From assembly GCA_023515795.1 (NCBI GenBank), contig JALGPX010000002.1:62001-126000 (forward strand): a stretch of 64,000 nt of DNA, in the 5' to 3' direction. Position 1 is the first letter of the stretch. Each line of letters opens with the position of its first letter. The translations under genes were made by a program, and so were the position numbers. This document shows, in pieces, positions 32,182 through 43,000 of this stretch. This stretch comes from Amoeboaphelidium occidentale (taxonomy: Eukaryota). The notes beneath the pieces were generated by a model, which saw nothing but the letters and a program-made list of their open reading frames with translations, ran no database searches and was not told the origin of the DNA.

Positions 32182-34476
32182 ATGATGCACAAACTGCACA
32201 AGGTCATACTATTAAGCATTCTCAACATTGGATGTTCTTTAACTCAAATCACACATACTGGCACCGCGACTGGAACTGTTACAGGTATTAATGGCGCTGG
32301 TACATTCACAGGAACCGGTACTGCAACCGGAACAGGCTTAAGTCCTGTTTATTCTGGCACATACACATCCACTGGCACTGTTACTGGGGTTGCACCTGTT
32401 GCGAATTGTGATGTTGCTTATGTGGAAGACACAATTTATGAAGATGATGTGTGTGTTGAAGATACTTATGATTACGTTGTCGAAGACATTCCTCTTACTC
32501 CTGGTTACATTTCAGATCCTTTACAAACTCAATCTACAATTTTATACTTGCTACAAGAACTTATAATCAGACGCGACAAATTGGTTGATGCATATTTGAA
32601 TATTGGTGGCGATCCTACAGTTTTGCAAGGCATGTACGGCATTGGAACTGAATGCAATTTGTTCCCTTATGAAGATTATGCTGTTGCTGGTCCTGTTGTT
32701 TGCGACGAAGGCAGTCTTGTTCCTGATGTTATTGTCGATAATGTTCAAGTTGTTCCTGAAGTTGTCTATGATGATTTCTATGCTGTTCCTGATGTGGCAT
32801 ACACAGATTACGCTGTTCCTCTACTTGCTCCAATTGATGAAGTTGTTTCTTACGATACTGTTTATGATGTTCCTATTGCTGTTCCACAAGTCTGCGAAGA
32901 TGTTATTGAAGACACAATAATTCAAGAAGATCCTAATTTTGTGGCTTTCAATGATGGAAATGGAATCTATTTGGGAGACGGAAATGCAAATGAAGACGAC
33001 TTGTTCCAAATCGGCGATAATACCTGCATTTGCATGAGCGAAGAGGTGATGCAGAACTTTATTGCTTCTGATGTATATTCAACTTTGTCTGATCGTGGAA
33101 TCACTGGTAATCCTCTCCTTTCTCTAGCTGGCGGCCAACAAGTCAATTTGAACGGTGATTGCAACGGTTTCTTCAACCTTGGAAGTCAAGAATGTATCTG
33201 CTATGGTAATGATGTGCTCACCAACTTACCAGCTCCTGTTGAAGAGTGCGAATTCAGATTCGACTATCCAAACATTCAGACTCCAAGAAAGCCTTCTCTT
33301 CCTGCTCCAGTTTCTCCTCCTAAAGAAGAAGTTTGTGAAAAGCCAACTGAAAAGTATGTTCAGGGCCCTGCTCCTGCTCCTGCTCCAGTACCATCTCCAA
33401 AAGAGGAAGTTTGCGAAGAGCCTGTTCAAAAGCCTGTCAAAACTCCTGTCAAACATCCAAAGCAACCTGTTCAAGAGAAACCAAAGCAACCTGTCCCAGT
33501 TTATCCAAAAGCCCCTTCTCCAGCCCCAGCTCCAAAGAAAGACATTCCTTGCGAAGAAGAGAAGAAGAAGCCTTTGATGAAGAAAAAGAAGGTCTTGATC
33601 CCAAAGAAAACTGCTCCAGCTCCAGCCCCACAGGAAACTCAACCAACAAAAGATGCTACGACCCCAGCACCTAAACCATCTCAACCTAAGGTCAAAAAGG
33701 AATTAGTTCCAAAGAAGCCAACTCCAGCAGAAGAATGCGTAGTACCAAAGGAACCTCAAGCAAATCCAGGTTCAAAGAAGCCAACACCAATGAAGAAAAA
33801 GAAGGTGGCAATTCCAAAACCTGCTCCTACAGAATGTGTTGAAAAAGAAGCTCCTGTCAAGCCTGGCCCAGCTCCAACCAAGATGAAAAAGAAGATTGCT
33901 GCACCAAAGCCAGATAATAAGCCTTCGAAGCCTTCAAAGCCTGTTGAGACTCCTTGCACTATACGCGATTTGAAGAAGAAAGGTCAAGAAAACACTGCAA
34001 AGAAAGCAGCACCTGCTCCAGCACCAGTTCAGCCTGTTCCTTCAAGAAAAAGCGTCGCACCTCCTATTGTGAAGAAGAAGCCAGAAGAAGTTTGTGTTGA
34101 GACTCCAGCTGTTCCTTCTCGTCCAGGAAATACTCCATCAAAGCCTGTCGCAACTCCTTCTTACCCAAAACCTGGATCTGGCGTTCCAAGCAAGCCTCCA
34201 GCAAAGAAGGAAGAAGTTTGCGTAGACAAACCAAAGACTCCAGCACCTGTCTATCCAAAACCAGGACCTGATGTTCCTAGCAAGCCACCAGGAAAAGCCG
34301 AAGAGAAATGCGAAGATCCATCAAAGACACCGACCTCTCAACCTCCAAAGTCACCAACCTCTACATCTCCAGAGTCACCAGGAAAACCTGAAGACAAGCC
34401 ATGCGATGCAGACTCAATTCAAAAGGAAGCTATTCAACTTTTCATGAAGGAGAAGGCTACCTCTACAAAACATTAA
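32182..34476 (+). CDS. Secreted low-complexity structural-type protein A (Gly/Thr, acidic Tyr/Val/Cys, then Pro/Lys-rich regions)
   Basis: 764-aa intronless ORF; signal-peptide-like N-terminus; TGTATG repeats; repeated EEVC and MKKK motifs. Confidence 0.8.
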   Translation: MMHKLHKVILLSILNIGCSLTQITHTGTATGTVTGINGAGTFTGTGTATGTGLSPVYSGTYTSTGTVTGVAPVANCDVAYVEDTIYEDDVCVEDTYDYVVEDIPLTPGYISDPLQTQSTILYLLQELIIRRDKLVDAYLNIGGDPTVLQGMYGIGTECNLFPYEDYAVAGPVVCDEGSLVPDVIVDNVQVVPEVVYDDFYAVPDVAYTDYAVPLLAPIDEVVSYDTVYDVPIAVPQVCEDVIEDTIIQEDPNFVAFNDGNGIYLGDGNANEDDLFQIGDNTCICMSEEVMQNFIASDVYSTLSDRGITGNPLLSLAGGQQVNLNGDCNGFFNLGSQECICYGNDVLTNLPAPVEECEFRFDYPNIQTPRKPSLPAPVSPPKEEVCEKPTEKYVQGPAPAPAPVPSPKEEVCEEPVQKPVKTPVKHPKQPVQEKPKQPVPVYPKAPSPAPAPKKDIPCEEEKKKPLMKKKKVLIPKKTAPAPAPQETQPTKDATTPAPKPSQPKVKKELVPKKPTPAEECVVPKEPQANPGSKKPTPMKKKKVAIPKPAPTECVEKEAPVKPGPAPTKMKKKIAAPKPDNKPSKPSKPVETPCTIRDLKKKGQENTAKKAAPAPAPVQPVPSRKSVAPPIVKKKPEEVCVETPAVPSRPGNTPSKPVATPSYPKPGSGVPSKPPAKKEEVCVDKPKTPAPVYPKPGPDVPSKPPGKAEEKCEDPSKTPTSQPPKSPTSTSPESPGKPEDKPCDADSIQKEAIQLFMKEKATSTKH

Positions 34477-34555
34477 TAGGAATTTACAAAGTCAAATTAC
34501 GGATCCAAAAATAAATCTTAATTAAATTTAACTTCAAATCGTTCTACTTAGCAAA

Positions 34556-35248
34556 ATGTATGACTGGGGTGCAGTGTTAGAAGAAGATCTGGTGTATACT
34601 GTAAGACCCAGCTTCGAGAATCCTCTGCATATGATCATACAGCAAAGTTCCGATGATGGAAATGTCAAGATCGCTACATGCTTCCATAAAGATCGAAGCA
34701 TCATAATTTCTGATGCATTTGGGAGGTTCAGTGACTCTATTGATGGCGAATCTACTTTGGCTAAATTGGATACAAGTTCTACAGACGGTACCAAGATTAA
34801 GTCGCAGGTGTGTGATAATATCAAGATCCAAGTCAATATGGTATCAAGCACTGGCCCAGAACTTCTATTAGAATCTCCTCAAGACGAAGAACCACGCTTT
34901 CCTATTAAAGTCAGGAAATCATCATTCTTGTCGAGAAATGTGTTCGCAAAACCTTGTACAGATGATCAAGCATCGGATAATGTCATGTTCCAGATTTCTG
35001 GAGGAAGGTCAGGTAATTTAAGGATCAAGAAAGGAACTCCGATGAAGCTCATCCCTGCGATATTTGCTTCGTGGAGATTGTACCTCAGATGTCTCAGAAT
35101 CTTTGTGATGTCTTTGTTCATAATTGATGCGATTCTCATAGCGAGTCTTTTGTACGCGACTTATCTCACTGGTAATCAGCTTTTCTTTGGCGTTCTGGTT
35201 GCTGTGCACTTCGTATATGTATGTGTTGCGTTCTTACTTCTAGTTTAG
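34556..35248 (+). CDS. Hypothetical protein with two C-terminal transmembrane helices
   Basis: 230-aa ORF followed by AATAAA; two hydrophobic stretches at the C-terminus. Confidence 0.65.
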   Translation: MYDWGAVLEEDLVYTVRPSFENPLHMIIQQSSDDGNVKIATCFHKDRSIIISDAFGRFSDSIDGESTLAKLDTSSTDGTKIKSQVCDNIKIQVNMVSSTGPELLLESPQDEEPRFPIKVRKSSFLSRNVFAKPCTDDQASDNVMFQISGGRSGNLRIKKGTPMKLIPAIFASWRLYLRCLRIFVMSLFIIDAILIASLLYATYLTGNQLFFGVLVAVHFVYVCVAFLLLV

Positions 35249-35440
35249 CTTCATGAAGCTGAAAGATTTCAATAAACATCAATGGGCCATACCACTAATT
35301 TTCATGAATTGCATTAAGTATTCACTTGTTTAGACAAGCCTATGCGTTAGTTATAGTCTAGGCTCCCGTTGTATGCTCACGAAATCGGTCTGTAGCCGTT
35401 GATTGGTTCTTGTTTCAAGTTTCAACCATTACCCTAGTAA

Positions 35441-35454
35441 GATAATGGAAGTTC
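35441..35454 (+). promoter_or_regulatory. Candidate cis-element GATAATGGAAGTTC upstream of protein B
   Basis: 13/14 identical to the element upstream of protein C (43339-43352, minus strand). Confidence 0.45.
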
Positions 35455-35512
35455 ATAATGGGCTGTTCGATGGACTAAAGATTCTTTTTCAAAACATAAT
35501 ACACCAAGTAGA

Positions 35513-38500
35513 ATGCTATCCGAGCTCGTAAAGAAGCCGCGTAGCTACCTCAGTATCTTACTGCTTGCTGGATACGTAACGTGCCAAGTGCCAGCGTATG
35601 GACAGCCACTTGCTCAACTGGTCCCGGCTCCTTCTAATCCTGCATTACCAATTGGATCTACACTTCAAAATTATCCACCTGTTGGCGCACCACAGCAGCC
35701 TGGTGCCGTTGCTCAACAGCCTGAAACGCCAAAATGCGATCAGTNNNNNNNNNNNNNNNNNCAGCCACTTGCTCAACTGGTCCCGGCTCCTTCTAATCCT
35801 GCATTACCAATTGGATCTACACATCAAAATTATCCACCTGTTGGCGCACCACAGCAGCCTGGTGCCGTTGCTCAACAGCCTGAAACGCCAAAATGCGATC
35901 AGTGTGGTTCTCTCATATGCAGTTGTTATCCAGTTGAAAACCTTCCTCAAAATCTTACTAAACCAGTACCTCAAGTACCAGTTGTTCCTCCACAGGGTGC
36001 AATTGACGACAAGACTCCTATAAGTCCTCCACTTACAAATTTAGACACGCCTGAACGCCCACAAACTCCCCAAGTTCCTCCACAGGTTCCTACTTATCCT
36101 CCATCTCAACCTTTGGTTCCAAATACAGTGCCTGCTTGCTCACAACTTACTCCAGAATGCAACACTTGCATGTTGGGTGGTGATTGCTCGAGATGCGATA
36201 TTAGAGTTGTCGCAGCTGCATTGAAACAATGTTGTGGTGCAGTTGCAGTTCCTGTTGTACCTCCAGCTGGAACTCAAGACCAGAAACATCCTACCATTCC
36301 TTCACCAGTTATTTCAATTGTTCCAGTTGTGAGCGTTCCTCCAGCTGGAATCAAGGAAGTTGTTCAGAGTCCTGTGTTCGTTCCGGTCCCAGTTTACGTT
36401 CCGCAACCAGTCTTCAAGCCTCCATCTCAGCCTGTTCCACAACCGCAGCCGCAACCGCAGCCGCAACTGCAACCTGTCCCTCCACAAGCACAATTGCAGG
36501 TTCCTCCTCCTCCTGTTCAACCACCACCTCCACCTCCTGCTCCTATTGTTCCAATTAATCCACAGGGCGTCGACGAAATCACTCCACAACAGCCAGCTCA
36601 AACATGTGCGGTCCCGCAGCAAGTCATCCCGCCTGTTTATCCTGCTATCCCTCAAGGTGTTAATGAAATCAAATCTCCTGTTCCGAACTTTGTCAATCAA
36701 CAAAGACGGGATATCCAACCTTCTCCTATTGTTCCAAGCACTTGCACAGCTTGCTTGCTTCCACCATGCATAGGGCAGTCAGTTGCCAATGGAGCAATGC
36801 CTGCAGGCTCCTCCAATGTTACAGGAAGATGTTTGAGAGACCCTGATGAAGTTGAACGTTTGAACTCTGCAAATCCTAAATGTCCTCAGATGTGCTACTC
36901 CGTTCCAGTTCCTCCTCAAGGCGCTCAAGATGTTAAGCCTCCAGCAGTGCAATCTCCACAAGTACCTCAGCCTCAACCACAACCGCATCAGCCTCAGCCA
37001 CAACCTCAACCTCAGCCTCAACCTGTTGTTCAGATTCCATCACCGCAAGTTATTACTCATACGGTTGTACAACAGCATGTCGTACCTGTGATCCAGACTC
37101 CTGTGGCTCCGGTTTACCCAGCTATTAACATCACACTGCCAGTTCAGCCTCCGAGTGGAAATCAAGAGGAGTGCAACAAAACGGTTCCTATGAAGCCTCC
37201 TGTCTACCCTGCTGTACCAGGTCAACCAATCCAGGTGCCTCATGCTACTCCTGTTTATCCTCAAATGCCTTCACAAGATCAATTTATTCCAGGTACCCAG
37301 CAACCTTCTGGTCCGAAAGAAAATGTTCCTGTTTATCCTTTGCCTCCAGTACAACATCCTGCTCCGAAGCATCCATCCGGTGTTTCTGACGAGACTTGCA
37401 CTGCTCTAGTGAATGGCACAAACAATGTTCCACAGCATCCTCAAGCTCCACAGCCTATTGGTCCTCAACCGCCATCAAGTAATAACGATGCACCCCAACC
37501 AATTGGTCCAAATCCAAAACAACCTGAAGCACCACAGCAACCAATAGTTCCATCTCCAGGCGGTAACCCAGTTGTGCATCCACCAACTACGGGTACAGTT
37601 CCTCCTCCTGTGGTTGCAGAGAAGCCATGCAATGATTCAATCCATGCTCCTCCTAACGTTCCTAAGTTGCCTCAGCTACCTCCAACTCAGCCACAAATCC
37701 CTCCAACCCAACCACAAGTGCCTCCAACCCAACCACAGGTACCTCCTCCAGGCTCTATCCCTCATCCACCGTCTTCCAACATCGATACTCCTCCTTTGCA
37801 CTGCAACACTACATCGCCAACAAACAACACAGTTCACCCGCCAGCTCAACCTCCAGCTAATCCACCTTCCCCGAACATTGATGTGCCAGTTACACCACCA
37901 TCACATCCAACTAATCCAGTCACCAACACTACTGTTCCTCCAACCACTGGGGCTAACGAAACTTGCTCAGATGTGAAGACACCTCATGCTGGNCGTCTTC
38001 CAACATCGATACTCCTCCTTTGCACTGCAACACTACATCGCCAACAAACAACACAGTTCACCCGCCAGCTCAACCACCAGCTCAACCTCCAGCTAATCCA
38101 CCTTCCCCGAACATTGATGTGCCAGTTACACCACCATCACATCCAACTAATTCAGTCACCAACACTACTGTTCCTCCAACCACTGGGGCTAACGAAACTT
38201 GCTCAGATGTGAAGACACCTCATGCTGGTTGTATTCCTGGAGTTAATTGTCCACCTGATTTACAGACTCCTCCTCCAGCACACAATATCACTGCTCCTCC
38301 TGCGAAGAACATTACCGATAATGTTCCAGATCCTAAAAAGCCTGAAGAATGCCATAAGGAAGGTACCAACACTACTGAACCTGCTCCAGAATCTCCAAAA
38401 GAACAGAAGAAAGTACCGAAAGTAACTCCAACGCCTTCAAAGAAGAACGAGACGGAACCTGAACTTCCAGATGAGCCTATCAAAGAAGCTCCAACTCCTA

Positions 38501-39669
38501 CATCGAAGAATTCCACAAAAACGAAGACAAAGATAACAGCTTCATCCGCAAAGGCTTTCCCTACTCCAACTGAGGCTAAAGATGTTCCAAAAGACAAAGA
38601 ACCAGACTTATCCAAGGATCCAGAAAATGTCACAAAGAAAGATAACTCCACCAAAGTTACCACGAAAAAGACAAAAATCTCAAAGAAGCCTACTCCTTCA
38701 GTAACGAAGACGAAGATTCAGGAAACTGATGCACCATCCAAAGATAAACCAGAGCCAGAGAAGCCTAAGGAACCATCGATGGAGAAGAAGGACGAAGATA
38801 AGCCAAAAGACGAGAAGAAAGAGGACAAGCCAAAGGAACCATCGATGGAGAAGAAGGACGAAGATAAGCCAAAGGAACCAACAGAGAAGAAGAAAGACGA
38901 AGACCAGCCAACAAAGACTCCAGAGAAAGAAACACCTCTTTCACCAGTTCCATCAACTCCAACACAAGGATCTAATGAAACATGCACAAAGGAAATGATT
39001 GTTGAATGCTCTAAAGCTTGCAGTCCATTTGATAGCCAATGTTTCTTGAGTTGCTGCGATACTTGTGTTCCAAGCAAATCCTGCACGCCTGAGATTGTCG
39101 CCAACTGTTCAATGGCTTGTGCCAATGCCGAGGACAAGTTATCCGCTGACAAGTGTTATGAAGAGTGCGCGAAAGGCTGTGGTGAGTTGATAAAGATCCC
39201 ACTAGAGGATGAACCATGCGTTGAAGAACCTCCTGTCACTCCATCAACCGACAGCTGTCATCACGAGTATTTATCTTTGTGTTCTAAGGGCTGCAAGAAG
39301 GATGATTTGGCATGTTTCTTAGAATGCGCTAAACCTTGCCATTACGAGTCAAATCCTGCCTGCTCAGCTGAAGTCATTTCTCAATGCACACAGAGATGTG
39401 CTTGCGAGGCTCCTGGTGATCTAAAATGCATCAAGCAATGTGTTCTTGGCTGCAAAGAATTGGACTTTGATATTCAAGTCACTGACACGGGGTCGGTTCA
39501 CAGTTCCCAACCACTCGTGGAGAGTATAACGGAGAAATTTGTTGCAAACCCGGAGAAATGCACTACATGCGAAACAAAGCCAGCAAAGAAGAACAAGAAG
39601 AAACTTCCAGTTCTGCCTCCAACAGCATCTTGCACGAAATGTGAGGAAAAGAAGATCAAGACCAAATAA
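35513..39669 (+). CDS. Secreted Pro/Gln/Cys-rich structural-type protein B with four C-terminal 6-Cys repeats; one gene interrupted by two assembly gaps
   Basis: Signal-like N-terminus; ORFs 35513-38212 and 37963-39669 join in frame once the duplicate copy at the N (37993) is collapsed; CX7CX3CX6-11CX3CX3C-type repeats. Confidence 0.78.
35603..35903 (+). repeat. 142-bp direct duplication flanking an N-run (35745-35761)
   Basis: 35603-35744 vs 35762-35903; one substitution (CTT/CAT). Confidence 0.9.
37770..38228 (+). repeat. 223/235-bp direct duplication flanking a single N (37993)
   Basis: 37770-37992 vs 37994-38228; differ by a 12-bp in-frame indel (extra PPAQ) and one substitution (CCA/TCA). 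Confidence 0.9.
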
Positions 39670-40065
39670 TTTACACCTTAGACCCTGACTTACAATCTAT
39701 TTCGACCACTTAACGTTTTAACAATAAAGTTGCATAAGAAATTAGTTATCAGATCCATGAAAAGATTGTTCCAGAAAAAAACTGTTGCGCTTTTCTAGCA
39801 AAACTTAAACGATATCAATCGAGGGATGACATATGCGTGTTTCGTGTAGATTAAATCTTGGTGCACAAATTCTTGTGAAACGAGTCTTGCTACAGAAAGG
39901 AAGAGTGAATTTCCACCAAGATAAATTTTTCCATGTAACCATATCGAAGGAATTCGAGTGAACCACACAAGTAACAACATATAGCTATCATAAAGATAAT
40001 TTGAAATTTCTAAGTTTTACGAGAATTTATTGAGTTAAGATATCTGTGCTTTCTCGAAGTGATCA

Positions 40066-43000
40066 CTAGCATATTGCTGCATTTCTTGGAGCTCCGTGAA
40101 CTGGAGCAGTTTTCTTGGCTGGATAAACAATCTTACCACCCTTCTTTGGCATTTTCTTTGCCTTGTTAGTATTCACCAAGTTTTGCAATGGACTTTTCGG
40201 AACATTTTTTGCATGCTTAGGTTTCGGATCTTCGCATTTCTTTGTAGTTTTAGCCTTAATGAGGTTGAGGAGATTTTGTTTTGCAGCACATTTAGCACAA
40301 TCTGACTTACCCTTTTGTTCTTTGTTTCCAAATCCTAATCTCTTCTTGATCAAGTCCAACAGAGATGATGATTGTGAGTTGCATGAGCATGACTCTTTTT
40401 GGCTTGTAGCAGCAAGTTTGTCTGTAAGGGAAGTAGAAGATCCAGAGGCGGTAGTAGTAGAAGTTGCAAGGCGATTCAATAATGAAGTGCTTCCTGTTGC
40501 TGTACCTGTGACAGAACTAGTTCCAACGGCAACAGAGCCGGGGCTTATGACAGGAGTGACGGGCGCAGAAACGACAGCAGGAGCAACAACACCAACAGCA
40601 GGAATGTCTTGATCATAATAAACATACTCATACTGAGGATCGCAAACATCACCGCCGGCATAGGTAGATCCCCCGTATGCAATATCAGCGGTAACTGGCA
40701 CTGCACAATCATCAGCAGTATCAGCAATGATAGAGCGCCCGCCGATCATGTCGCCGCCATACATGTCACCACCACCATACATATCACCGCCCATAGAGCC
40801 ATATTCTGCTCCAGCATAGCTTGATCCCATGTAAGAAGATGACCCCATGTAAGATGATGATCCCATATAGGACGAAGATCCCATATATCCTGAAGCGCCG
40901 CAACTATAACCACTGTCGTACCCATAACTACCAAGTCCTCCGCCATAACTAGCGGAATACCCGCCGTAGAGGCCTCCAACGTAATCTGGACCGTAAATGG
41001 TACTTTGGTAACCAAGCATTGGACTAACATCGTATGTGTTGATGTAATCGACATAGGTAGCTGGAATAGCTGGAACAGCAGCGATAGCACCAACAGTGCC
41101 GACTGCTCCAACTGCTCCAACAGTACCGCCAGTGGAAACGGTGCTCTGGGAACCCGAGATGCCCTTGGTCAAAGCCAACTTCAACAAGTCATCCAAATCA
41201 CAGTTATCATCTTTCTTTTCTTTCTTGCAGTCATCGCCGCTCTGGCCACCGTTTCCGCCATTTCCGTCATTTGGATTCTGTGAGGAGTCCTTTGGATATG
41301 GTGCTGGGTGAACATTTTGATCTCCATCGGTATTCTTTGGCATTTTCGAAGGAGTTTCATGACCTTTCTTTGGATACTGTGAACCATCTTGTGGATACGA
41401 AGGAAATTTCTTTGGATACTTTGGACCATTCGGTTGAGTAGAGTCTGAAGGTGTAGGGTAAACATCAGCGGGAGCTTTTGGAGTATCTCCACTGCTTGAT
41501 TCTGTTGGAACAGGATAAGTACCATTAGAATCAGGTGGAGTGGTTTCAGTTGGACCAGAACCAGAGCCGGAACCAGGATTGAGATTGTAAGGAGAATTCG
41601 GAGTTGGATATAATCCTGAGTCGTTTGGTTCCGCAGTTGTAGGATATATACCAGAAGGCTCTGTAGCAGTAGGATTTGGTGGGTAAATATCTCCTGGTGG
41701 CATCTTTGGACCCTTTGGTGTTTTCGGGGAATTGTCGCCATTTTTTGGAAAGCCGCCATCATTCGGAGGATTGCCATCTTTCTTGCCAGGTCGATTTCCA
41801 TCATTAGGAGGGCTACCACCTTTTGGAAGAGGGTAAATGTCATCATCATTAGGAGATTTTCCATTTCCAGGAGGATTTCCGCCTTTTGGTGGAGAGTCTC
41901 CATCCTTCTTAGGTGGACTTCCACCAGATGGAGGACTATCGCCCTTCTTCGGTGGATTCTTGTCATTGTTTGGTGGATTCTTGTCATTCTTTGGTGGGTT
42001 CTTATCATTCTTTGGAGGATTTTTATCGTTCGGTCCAGGGCTTCCATCATCTTTAGGATTCTTGCCACCAGGAGGATTATTGTTACCCGGTGGATTATTG
42101 TTCTTACCAGGAGGAGAATCACCGCCTTTACCAGGACCATTAGGAGATTTGTCGTCGTCATTAGGAGGTGTTTTGGGATTCTTGTCATCAGGACCATCAT
42201 TTTCACCAGGAGATTTAGGATTCTTTGGTTCATCAGGCTTACCGGGCTTATCTCCATCGTTTTTAGGATTTTTATCATCATCAGTCGGAAGTTTCTTCTT
42301 CTTCTTGGTAGTTTTAGTGACAACTTTTTTCTTGTTGTTAGTATCATTTTTCTTGTTGGTAGTAGCAGCTCCAGCACTTGATGAAGACGCAGCTGCTTTC
42401 TTGGTTTCTTTCTTTGTGACAGAATCAGGTGTAGAAGTTGAATTGCTCTTACGGCCTGAACGCTCATCGGAAGAGTCAGATTCTTCTTTCGCCTTTTCTT
42501 TGTCCTTGCTGGAACTTGAAGTATCAGATTTCGCATCGTTCGATTCCGGTGATGGAACAGGTGACGGTTTTGTCTCAATATTGTAAATCGGGGTAGTTTC
42601 TTTCTTTTCGGGAGTTTCATTGGACTTTTTTGAATCGGCCTCGGACTTGTTATCAGGCTTGTCTGATGGAGTAGAAGCGCGACCACTTTCTTTTGATTTT
42701 GTAGATTTGCGTGCTGGTTTTGATGTCTTCAGAATGCTATCAACCACAGAAGTATTATTCCTATCTTTTGAAAGTTCCAAGTAAGCTGCACTAACAGCTG
42801 AGCGAATGGTTGGCTCGAGATCTTTTCCTTCACGAGTTGAGCGAGCAACAGGATCAACAAAGGATGTCAGAATGGAGGAATTAGTACCGGTAACTCCACG
42901 AATAGCAGCATTCACGGCCTCCAATATGGTGCTATTGTTCTTCGATTTTGAGGCAGACTTAAGAATGATTTCCGCAGTTCTGTTGAAATCCATCTTTGCT

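Noticed and set aside
37963..38212. Apparent programmed frameshift or two separate genes in protein B
   Set aside because: The frame change falls exactly on an assembly N between duplicated sequence
33155..39217. Many short overlapping or antisense ORFs within proteins A and B
   Set aside because: Expected by-products of low-complexity coding sequence
35603..42030. Direct repeats as a CRISPR array or transposon ends
   Set aside because: Repeats are in-frame coding or gap-flanking; no unique spacers, cas genes or transposase
41181..42686. 501-aa alternative-frame ORF and 249-aa antisense ORF over protein C
   Set aside because: Shadow frames produced by repetitive Pro/Gly/Asp/Lys codons; no protein-like features of their own
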